A stretch of DNA of 64,000 nt, from contig JAUCBJ010001088.1 in assembly GCA_032718475.1 (NCBI GenBank), positions 62,001 through 126,000 of the forward strand, in the 5' to 3' direction. The stretch is from Nemertoderma westbladi (Eukaryota; Animalia; Xenacoelomorpha). The translations under genes and the position numbers were made by a program. Below the pieces are notes generated by a model that ran no database searches, had not been told where the DNA came from, and saw nothing but the letters and a program-made list of their open reading frames with translations. Shown piece by piece: positions 22,753-33,910 of this stretch (its first letter is position 1; each line of letters begins with the position of its first letter).

Positions 22753-24470
22753 CTAGAAAGCCTGTGGCCCTTCGGGCCACAGCTTTCTAGTGCACGTGCA
22801 GATGATATATGAATATGTGTGGGAGATTGGAGAACTGCATACGGAACAGACACCATCATTAAATAAAACACCACCCCCATAAGAGATAACTGTCAAGTTT
22901 CAACTTTAGTCAGATTGTAAATAACAAAATTGGTGTAGATGTTCACATTCAGACTTCTACAGTAGCGGTAGACTGAAGAACAGTAGACGACTCTGGGACT
23001 CAGTAAAGGTACAGAATATGCTGTAGTAGATTCCTGCCAAGTTTCAGCTCAAAGGGATTAAAAAAGAACCAATTGGGATGAGGTGTTCACTATCAGACAA
23101 TTCGCCCTCTAGCGGCAGATAGGGGAACTGTATACAACTCTGCGACTCCGTAAAGGTAGAGCCTATGCTGTAGTAGATGCCTACCAAGTTTCAGTCTAAA
23201 AGGATTGTAAATAACAAAGTTGGAGAAGATGTTAACTTGCAGACATTTCGCCCTCTAGCGGTAGACTGGGAAATTGTAGACGACTCTGCGACTCAGTAAA
23301 GATTCAGCCTATGCTGTAGTAGATGCCTACCAAGTTTCAGTCAAAACGGATTGTAAATAATAAAGTTGGAGAAGATGTTAACTCTCAGACATTTAGCCCT
23401 CTAACGGTAGACTGGGGAACTGTAGACAACCCAGTGACTCCGGAAATATACAGCCTATGCTGCAGTATATAGCTACCACGTTTCAGCTCAAAAGCATTAA
23501 AAACAACCCTATAAGATCAGGTTTTCACTATCGGATAATTCGCCCTCTAGCGGCAGATGGTGGAACTTCAGACGGCTCTGAGTATTACGTTGCAACGAGT
23601 TAGGGCGAGACCTATCTAACGAGCTATAGTAAGCGAGATTTCATCGAGATTAGATGTATAATATTAGATAAAATAATAATACAGTAAGTATAGGCCTACA
23701 GAAATAATTATTTTACTTTTAATATGTAAGCGAGATTTCATCGAGATTAGATGTATAATATTAGATAAAATAATAATACAGTAAGTACATGCGTAGAGAA
23801 ATAATTATTTTACTTTTAATATTCATAACAGTAAAACAAAAATGTTATAAACCTCTCCTTCCATGCAGCCAATGATTGAGAAAGCAGAATTACTCTGAGC
23901 AATTCGCAATAGACAACCCAAACCCACCCCAATCAACACTCCAGCCTGCTTGCTCCTTATCTGTGCCCAGCCAGCTAGCTGCGAGTTCAATAATTACCTT
24001 AACGTTGCTATGATACAGAAAACAATCCTTCCCTATTCAATAGCAATAGGCCAATTCGATCGTGCTTGGCGAATATGACATATTTATACACTATTTGATT
24101 TTTAATCAATAAATAATCATACATATTTATATTAAACACTCGAATAAAATAAAAACTTTGTGAGAATGGGACACGGCGAATCTACCCATGTTAATTTTAT
24201 ACCAGGTGGGATAAATGTTAGCCCTCTAAATCATTAATTACCGATAGAAGAACCGAAATAATTCGATAAATTTCGCCCGAAAATCACGAAAATCGCCCTC
24301 TCGCGGCAGACGGGTGAACTTCAGACGACTCTGAGTATTACGTTGCAACGAGTTAGAGCGAGACCTTTCTAACGAGCTATAGCAAGCGAGATTTCATCGA
24401 GATGGGTTCGATTGTATAGCTGATGACAAACAGACAGACAGACAGACAATGCATATTTATATATATTAGA
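22753..24470 (-). mobile_element. Non-autonomous Helitron, unit A
   Basis: Minus strand 5'-TCTAATATATATAAA, (TGTC)n microsatellite, 146-bp internal repeats, 3' hairpin ending CTAG followed by T. Confidence 0.85.
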
Positions 24471-26456
24471 CTAGAAAGCCAGAGGCCCTTCGGGCCACGG
24501 CTTTCTAGTTCACAAGCCTATTCACCATTCCAAACATGAATTAATTAATTAACTTAACAAAACTTCATATGATTGAGAATGTTCTCTCAAAGAAAAGACT
24601 GATGCTGTTTTACTTTTTCAGATATCTGCACTGGTCAACATCCTTCACATAGATGCAGCCTTATGATGTAGTACAGTAGACCTCTGACAATTATAAGCGT
24701 AAAAGCATTTTTAATAAATAAATGTGAGAATGTTTTTACTTTTCAGATTCAGATATTTCGCACCCTAGCAGTAGACTGGAAATCCGGAGACTGGTTAGCG
24801 TCCTCCCCATACAAACAGCCTATGGTCAAGCATACCTTTCCCAAGTATAAGCAAAAAAGCATTAGAAACAACGAAATGGGAGAAGGATTTCACTTGAGAC
24901 ATTTCACCCTCTAGCGGCAGACTGAGAAATTGCAGATTGGTCAGAGTTTTCCACAAACACGCAGTCTATGGTGTAGTAGACCTCTGACAATTATCAGCCT
25001 AAAAGCATTAGAAACAACGAAACGGGATAAGGTTTTCACTTTCAGACATTTCGGCCCCTAGCGGCCGAATGGAGAACTGCAGTTTGTTCGGCGTCTTACC
25101 TAGACACACACCCTATGGTGTATTACACATCTGGCAAGTGTCAGCCTGAAAGCATATTAATAACGAAATGGGATAAGGTTTTCACTTTCAGACATTTGGC
25201 CCCCTAGCGGTAGACTGGATAAATGCAGACTGGTTCTAACTCCTCCCCAAACACACAGTCTATGGTGTAGTAGACCTCTGTCGAGTATCAGCAAAAAAGC
25301 ATTATAAACAATGAAATGCATAAATGTTTTCACTTTCAGACATTGCGCCCCCTAGCGGCAGACAGAGCTATTGCAAATTGGTCTTAGTTCTCCACAAACA
25401 CGCAGTCTTTGATGTAGTAGACCTCTGACAAGTATCAGCCTAAAAACATTAGAAACAACGAAACGGGATAAGGTTTTCACGTTCAGACATTTCGCCCCCT
25501 AGCGGCCAAATGGAGAACTGTAGTTTGTTCGGCGTCTTACCTAGACAGTAGACACACACCCTATGGTGTAATACAAATCTGCCAAGTGTCAGCCTAAAAG
25601 CATTATTAATAACGAAATGGGATACGGTTTTCACTTTCAGACATTTGGCCCCCTAGCGGTAGACTGGAGAAATGCAGACTGGTTCTAGCTCTTCCCCAAA
25701 CACGCAGTCTTGGTGTAGTAGACCTCTGCCAAGTATCAGCAAAAAAGCAGTATAAACAACGAAATGGGTGAAGGTTTTCACTTTCAGACATTGCGCCCCC
25801 TACCGGCAGACAGGTGAATTTCAGATTATTCAGAGTTCTCTACAAACACGCAGTCTATGGTGTAGTCGACTTCTGCCAAGTATCAGCAAAAAAGCATTAT
25901 AAACAACGAAATGGGATAAGGTTTTCACTTTCAGATATTGCTCCCCCTAGCGGCAGACTGGGGAATTGCAGATTGGTCAGCATCCTCCGAAAACACACAG
26001 CCTATGGTGTAGTAGACCTCTGCCACGTATCAGCTAAAAGGCATTAATAATAACGAAATGGGAGAAGGTTTTCAGTTTCTGACATTTCGCCCCCTAGCGG
26101 CAGACTGGAGAACTGCAGATTGATCAGTGTCTTCCCAAACACACAGTCTATGGTCAGGAACGTATCTGCAAAGTATCATTTAGAACAGATTGAGTCTGAT
26201 GGTGCAACCGCTGTTATAGAGTTTCCTACAGAATGAACTGCTAGGCCTACTGCGCTACCGGTACCAAATTCACGAAATCTGCATTCATGCAAACAAACGC
26301 GTAAAATAAGACTCGAGATAGCGACAGTGCACGTGCTCGTGACGAGAGCTTTCGTTCGATGTATCGCGAGCTCAGATTGGTGCTTGTGTGTAGAAACGTA
26401 TAGCTTGGACAGACAAACAAACAGACAGACAGACACATGATATTTATATATATAGA
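24471..26456 (-). mobile_element. Non-autonomous Helitron, unit B (related subfamily)
   Basis: Same type of termini (5'-TCTATATATATAAA ... GCCCGAAGGGCCTCTGGCTTTCTAG-3') but a diverged ~146-bp internal repeat, ~10 copies. Confidence 0.85.
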
Positions 26457-28659
26457 CTAGAAAGCCTGTGGCCCTTCGGGCCACAGCTTTCTAGTGCACG
26501 TGCAGATGATATATGAATATGTGTGGGAGATTTGAGAACTGCATACGGAACAGACACCATCATTAAATAAAACACCACCCCCATAAGAGATAACTGTCAA
26601 GTTTCAACTTTAGGCAGATTGTAAATAACAAAATTTCCAGAAAATGATCACTTTCAGATCCACCCTCTACCTGCGGACTGGTGAAATGCAGACGGCGCTA
26701 CAGTTTGGTAAAGATGGGGTTTATGGTGAAGTAAAATGCCTGCCTTTCAAGTTTCAGCTTAAACAGATTGTAAATAACAAAATTGGTGTAGATGTTCATA
26801 TTCAAACATTTCACCCTCTAGCGGTAGACTGAAGAACTGTAGACGACTCTAGGACTCCGTAAAGATACAGAATATGCTGTAGTAGATTCCTGCCAAGTTC
26901 CAGCTCAATAGGATTAAAAAGAACCAAATGGGATGAGGTGTTCACTATCAGATATTTCGCCCTCTAGCGTCAAATGGGGGGACTGTATACAACTCTGCGA
27001 ATCCGTAAAGGTACAGCCTATGTTGTAGTAGATGCCTACCAAGTTTCAGTCTAAACCGTTAGTAAATAACAAAGTTGGAGAAGATGTTAACTTTCAGACA
27101 TTTCACCCTCTAGCGGTAGACTGGGGAAGTGTATAGGACTCTGCAACTCCGTAAAGATACAGCCTATGATGTAGTAGATACCTGCCAAGTTTCAGCTCAA
27201 AATGATTAAAAAGAACCAAATGGGATGAGGTTTTCACTATCAGACAATTCGCCCTCTTGCGGCTGACTGTGGAACTGTAGACGACTCTACTACTCCGCAA
27301 AGATATAGCCTATGCTATAGTAGATGCCTACCAAGTTTCAGTCTAAAAGGTTTGTAAATAACAAAGTTGGAGAAGATGTTAACTTTCATACATTTCGCCC
27401 TCTAGCGGCAGACGCGGGTACTGTAGACAACTCTGCGCGACTCAGTAAAGATATAGCCTATGCTGTAGTAGATGCCTACCAAGTTCAGTCTAAATGGATT
27501 ATAAATAACAAAGTTGGAGAAGATGTTAACTTGCAGACATTTCGCCCTCTAGCGGTAGACTGGGAAATTGTAGACGACTCTGCGACTCAGTAAAGATTCA
27601 GCCTATGCTGTAGTAGATGCCTACCAAGTTTCAGTCAAAACGGATTGTAAATAATAAAGTTGGAGAAGATGTTAACTCTCAGACATTTAGCCCTCTAACG
27701 GTAGACTGGGGAACTGTAGACAACCCAGTGACTCCGGAAATATACAGCCTGCAGTATATAGCTACCACGTTTCATCTCAAAAGCATTAAAAATAACCCTA
27801 TAAGATCAGGTTTTCACTATCGGATAATTCGCCCTCTAGCGGCAGACGGTGGAACTTCAGACGGCTCTGAGTATTACGTTGCAACGAGTTAGGGCGAGAC
27901 CTATCTAACGAGCTATAGTAAGCGAGATTTCATCGAGATTAGATGTATAATATTAGATAAAATAATAATACAGTAAGTATAGGCCTACAGAAATAATTAT
28001 TTTACTTTTAATATTCATAACAGTAAAACAAAAATGTTATAAACCTCTCCTTCCATGCAGCCAATGATTGAGAAAGCAGAATTACTCTGAGCAATTCACA
28101 ACAGACAACCCAAACCCACCCCAATCAACACTCCAGCCTGCTTGCTCCTTTATCTGTGCCCAGCCAGCTAGCTGCGATTTCAATAATTACCTTAACGTTG
28201 CTATGATACAGAAAACAATCCCTCCCTATTCAATAACTATAGGCCAATTCGATCCTGCTTGGCGAATATGACATATTTATACACTATTTGATTTTTAATC
28301 AATAAATAATCATACATATTTATATTAAACACTCAAATAAAATAAAAACTTTGTGAGAATGGGACACGGCGAATCTACCCATGTTAATTTTAAACCAGGT
28401 GGGATAAATGTTAGCCCTCTAAATCATTAATTACCGATAGAAGAACCGAAATAATTCGATAAATTTCGCCCGAAAATCACGAAAATCGCCCTCTAGCGGC
28501 AGACGGGCGAACTTCAGACGGCTCTGAGTATTACGTTGCAACGAGTTAGGGCGAGACCTTTCTAACGAGATATAGCAAGCGAGATTTCATCGAGATGGGT
28601 TCGATTGTATAGCCGATGACAAACACACAGACAATCGATATTTATATATATTAGATAGA
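26457..28659 (-). mobile_element. Non-autonomous Helitron, unit A' (longer sibling of A)
   Basis: Nearly identical to unit A with more 146-bp repeats. 5' end TCTATCTAATATATAT is preceded by the host A at 28660. Confidence 0.85.
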
Positions 28660-28730
28660 TACGGCGCAGAATAGGCAGCCAATGAAGATCACGCAACACT
28701 GGTGTACAGTAATGTGCTCTGTTTTACCGA
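28660..28730 (-). pseudogene. L2-like LINE fragment, proximal half of the Helitron target
   Basis: Minus strand encodes ...EHIT/TPVLRDLHWLPILRR, the conserved L2 C-terminal motif. Confidence 0.7.
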
Positions 28731-28825
28731 AACGTAACTTTATTGCCGAATTACTACTCTTGCCGAACGTGATAGTTGCCGAAACGCGATGTAACTACTG
28801 CACTGCGACGTACCTGTATGTAAGT

Positions 28826-29083
28826 GGTCGCCAGGCACCCGCAGTCTGTCTGTAATAACTGGTCGCCAGGCGTTAGCAGTTGCCTGCGTATCTGGTAGCC
28901 AGGCGCTACCAGTCTGCCTAACTGGTATCCAGACGCCCGCAGTCTGTCTGTAACTGGTAGCACAGCGCCAGCAGTCTGTCTGTATCTGGTAGGCAGGCGC
29001 TAGCAGTCTGCCCGTATCTGGTATTCAGATGCCAGCAGTCTGTCTGTAACTGGTAGCCAGGCGGCAGCAGTCTTTCTGTTACA
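28826..29083. repeat. ~32-bp imperfect tandem repeat, ~8 copies
   Basis: gcagtctgtctgtatctggtaggcaggcgcta-like units; gcagtctg at 28971, 29003 and 29035. Confidence 0.85.
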
Positions 29084-29245
29084 GTTAATCATAAGAATGT
29101 AATTTAAAGTGATAACTAACACACAGCGGTATCTATACTAAGGTAGTTACTAATAATTGTTCTATAAAGGTCTTAATACTTGCCGCCTTTGATTGCCTTT
29201 ATGAGACTTTATTCATTGCATAAGTAATTGAGTTTGTCAAAAGTG

Positions 29246-29253
29246 TATAAATA
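29246..29253 (+). promoter_or_regulatory. Putative TATA box of the FReD gene
   Basis: TATAAATA about 90 bp upstream of the signal-peptide ATG. Confidence 0.5.
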
Positions 29254-29337
29254 GGAGGAGTTTTAGGCATTAAAACCATTCTATATCAGAAAATTTTCAT
29301 AACTTTAGTTACAAAGTTATTTACAAATACTGTAAAA

Positions 29338-29394
29338 ATGTTACCGGTAAATATTAAACTATTTTCTCTGCTGTCAGCTCTTTTCCTACTCCAG
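29338..29394 (+). CDS. FReD gene exon 1 (signal peptide)
   Basis: ATG, MLPVNIKLFSLLSALFLLQ (hydrophobic), consensus donor CAG|gtaagt, phase 0. Confidence 0.7.
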
Positions 29395-30141
29395 GTAAGT
29401 TTATTTAATGCATAAAGTATTCATTTAGCGTTGTTATCTGAATTATTCATTTAATGATTTGCTCACGTGAATAAAGAAACCCTTTCACCACCATTTGGCG
29501 TCACCTTGTCCATAACAGGTCTCCCCGTGTCGCGTTGGATATCCGTCTGTCCACGTCTGTTTCCCTGGCCACGTCTTATTCCCATGGCCACATTCTGACA
29601 TTTGTTGTCCCATTGTCCCCACACCAATTGTACCCCAACTCGTATCAGTTTTCTTGTACTATTGCAGTATTGTAATATGTGGTGGATTTTCCAACATTTT
29701 CTATCGCAATAATTTTTATTGTCCGTTTAAATCATTCATGATGTCCTTTTTTTTTACATTTTATGTCCTCCAGAAATTTACCGTTAGGTTCCATGCTACC
29801 GGTTTCTCTACTGCTGTTCTCTCAGGCTATCAGTACCGGTATTAGTATATAGAGCATTATTTTGCAGTATTATTTTTACAGTAGTATTGTATGTACAGAT
29901 GTAGGTATAAAGCAGGTATTTTAGGTATTTTAATACCGGTACCGGCACCGGTACTGCTGTAGGCCTACTGTGTGTGTAGCCTTACCATTTAAATACGGTA
30001 ATGGTAGGCCTACTGGCTGACCGGTTGTGCTACAGTGCTAATACTGTAATAAATTTTAAATAATTGATAGGCCAAACTGGATTGTGGAAAATGTGGATAT
30101 ACCTTTCACATAATTTATCAGTTTTATAATGGATCATGACT

Positions 30142-32605
30142 CCCTGCAAACAATGTATTGTTAAAAAGCTGTTACTAAAATGTTATTTAATGACATAGAT
30201 AACATTATTTCAAATTGTTAGATTAATGATAAAAAAACTGTAAATTGGCCAAGAAATATGACGTTATATACTAACGTTATTATTTCGTTTTTAATAACAT
30301 AAAAATAACAAAGCCAGGATGGTTACATATATCATTACTTTTATGTTATTCCTTATCATTATTATTGTATTTTTATTGACATTAAAATAACAACGGCATA
30401 ATGTTTATTTAGATCGTTACTGTTATGTTATTTCTTAACATAAAAATATTGTTTGCTAAAAACGTAACATTAAATTTACGTGCAATTAAGCCCTTCTCTC
30501 ATGTTTTATGGTTCGCTTGCTCTCAAACTAATAATCCCCCTCCATTGCCGTTCTTTATTATCGTTCTTTGTAATTGCCAAACCCTTTATTGAATAATTAA
30601 TTAATAATTTCCCTACGCATGTTGATATGGTAGTGGCAGGCTACAATCTCTAACACAGTTTGATTGAATACAATTTTGTTGTAGGCAATTGTATGCAAAT
30701 TAATAACAATTAAAACGTATAACATGAATTGAATTTTTTGTATAATGACCAGTCAGGAACAAATAATGAAATAAACAGTAAAATCAAAGTAAAATATCAC
30801 AGAATAAGTAAACAACAAATATATGGCTGTATGGCCCATTATGTAAATGGTTTTGATATTTCGGTTAAAGTTAATCACAGACTTAAAAAGAATATGTTTA
30901 TGACGTAATAATAAGTGATAACAACGTAATGAATTGCATCAATTAAAATACTTTGAGTTAATATTATTCACTAGATTTATAGATCTGATTTGTAGTCTAT
31001 ATAAAATAATGTAGATAGATAGATATGTTTATTGACAATTTACATATGCGGTACAAATAATATCAAATATAATACTGCACAAAACCTTTACGATAATTAG
31101 TTATTGACACAGTTATATAAATTGTCCAGTAGATTTTTGAAACTGTCTATTTTGTCTTGAGAACTTTAGCGAATACTAAAATTATTTCAACGTAATTTAA
31201 CACAAAAATAACAAACAAACCGACATAATAAACCGGAATATCTAGTGAATGGTAATAACCTACGCTTAATATACAGACATTACTGACTCTATATACCTAC
31301 ACATTTGTTCAATATTATCCATATTACCATTGAAAAAGATACATATACATATACATGTACATATAGTGGGTTTAATAAATAATACCTCACAACAATGTTA
31401 AATTTATTAAAAGGAGCAGGTTACAGTTGGCTACAGAGGCACATATACAGATTTTACAGATTTATTTCTGGGAGAGTAATCAGTACTTATTTGAATCGAT
31501 ATCTCCCTGGAGAGGGATGATTTTGATTGCATCGCAAATCCTCCCTATCTGAACAAATCATATTTAAAAAATTAAATGTTAATTATAATTATAGCTGAGT
31601 GAGCTTCATTTATTAAACTGTAAAAATAAATCAATAGGCCTAGGCCCTACAAAAGTACAATCTAAAAACTGAAACAATAAATAGTTTGAAATAACAGTTA
31701 ATGTGAAGTTTTCAAAGTGTTGTAGTAATGCTGTCCCTGTGCCCTGCCCCTTCAACTGAAAACTGGGACCTCCCAATAATAAGAATTCCAATCTTTAGTC
31801 CTCGGCTGTTGAAATCCACCATCAGTACAGACAAATAAGTCAATCCTCCACCTGTCAGTGCTGGTTTAAGGGGACTTCCTGGTCCTGGCAGACTTGAATT
31901 CTGTAATTGGTAGGTCTAATGCAGTAATGTGTGAATCCAGAGGGTAAAGGCGAACTCGCATTCAGGTAGATATGTTTTATTTATGAGTTCAGGTTAAATA
32001 AATCACAAAACCAAGACTATAAAACCAAAAATATAAGCTACTGTACAGTGCAGTAGGCCTGCAGTAACTACACTACATCACTACAGTAATATAGAGATAG
32101 GCCTTGCAGTACAGCAGTATAACAATACATATACACAATAAACATTGAATACAGGCATGCCAGAATGAGTATTGTACAACATGCCATACTGTATACTATT
32201 TTACATGTGGAAAATTCCTCCATTACCGCCAATTTTAAAATTAGCCAATCATCAATCTCAGATTAGATAATAGAAGTGACAGCAGCGTCTATCGCATAAT
32301 GTTTATTTTATGTGACAAAATAACATTGTTCTGATATGTAACAAACCATGTTCTTAAAATGTTAGAACTAAACACTTATAAAACATTTTTGACTAATGTT
32401 TATGTTCTCACATTAAAATTACGTTTTTCTAACATCAACAGTTATCATTTATTTAATGTCTGACAAAGACATTATAGAGTAATGTTAAAATAATATATAT
32501 TGAACATCTAAATATTCTATCAAACAAGGGAATGACATTTATCAACATTTATAACAAATTAATGATGTTTTTCTGACATTCCTCGAAAGAAAATTGTTTG
32601 CAGGG
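30142..32605. mobile_element. Degenerate non-autonomous TIR element in intron 1
   Basis: 13-bp inverted ends CCCTGCAAACAAT / ATTGTTTGCAGGG with aacatt/aatgtt-rich subterminal regions. TSD not clear. Confidence 0.45.
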
Positions 32606-32734
32606 TACTGTCTGTGTAGTGTTACGGATAGCGGCACCACTACTTCGAACAGCACAGATCAGTTCATTAACTCATACGTACTCGAAAAAACTACTTATAC
32701 ATGTTATACCCCGACCGTTTGATAACATTACCGT

Positions 32735-33390
32735 TGGTTAGAAAATCCCGCCTCTGTAACCTGCTCCTTTCCCTCAATTAGTTAAGTGATCGTTTATTGT
32801 TTTGGTTAGAAAATCCCGCCTCTGTAACCTGCTCCTTTCCCTCAATTATTAAGTGATCGTTTATTGTTTTGGTTAGAAAATCCCGCCTCTTTAACCTGCT
32901 CCTTTCCCTCAATTATTTAAGTGATCGTTTATTGTTTTGGTTAGAAAATCCCGCCTCTGTAACCTGCTCCTTTCCCTCAATTAGTTAAGTGATTGTTTAT
33001 TGTTTTGGTTAGAAAATCCCGCCTCTATAACCTGCTCCTTTCCCTCAATTAGTTAAGTGATTGTTTATTGTTTTGGTTAGGAAATCCCGCCTCTGTAACC
33101 TGCTCCTTTCTCTTAATTGGTAATGTTATCGTTTATTGTTTTGGTTAGAAAAGACCATCTATGTAACCTGCCCCTTTCCTTCATTTGGTAAATTGATTGT
33201 TTATTGTTTTGGTTAGAAAATCCCGCCTCTGTAACCTGCTCCTTTCCCTAATTTGGTAAAGTGACTGTTTATTGTTTTGGTTAGAAAGGCTAGCCTCTGT
33301 AACCTGCTCGTTTCCTTCATTTGGTAAAGTGACTGTTTATTGTTTTAGTTAGAAAATCCGGCCTTAACCTGCTCCTTTCCATCAATTGGT
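32735..33390. repeat. ~68-bp tandem repeat, ~10 copies
   Basis: ggttagaaaatcccgcctctgtaacctgctcctttccctcaattagttaagtgatcgtttattgtttt; unit starts at 32736, 32804, 32871, 32939. Confidence 0.95.
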
Positions 33391-33688
33391 AATTGTTTTT
33401 GGCTATAAAATGAGTGTTTTGCTACGTCATGTGGTAATCGATTATCGACAACAACCACAAACTATTAAATTTAGAGTCTTTTACCACAGGCGCATATGGA
33501 AATCTATCTCGTAGTCTATAAATCATGAAATTTTGAATGTTTTGGCACAGGCATACAGTAGTGAAACTAACTGTCCGACAGAGCAGAAATCAACAAATTT
33601 TGAATGTTTTGGCACAGGCATGTTGAAATCAATTGTCTGACAGTCCAGAAATCATCAGTCTGACAGTTTGAAGAAATACATTTATTAA

Positions 33689-33872
33689 CCCTTTGACGCC
33701 TGAAGCTGCAATTGAAACTGCATGCTAGGGCTCTGAAAAAATTGCAAATTTTAAAGGAGACAATATCCATGTAAAACAACATATATAGTATTACATATTT
33801 AAGTATACAACATATATTTATATATAAATATATTATATACATAAAATAATATATATATATATATATTATATA

Positions 33873-33910
<38 letters not shown>

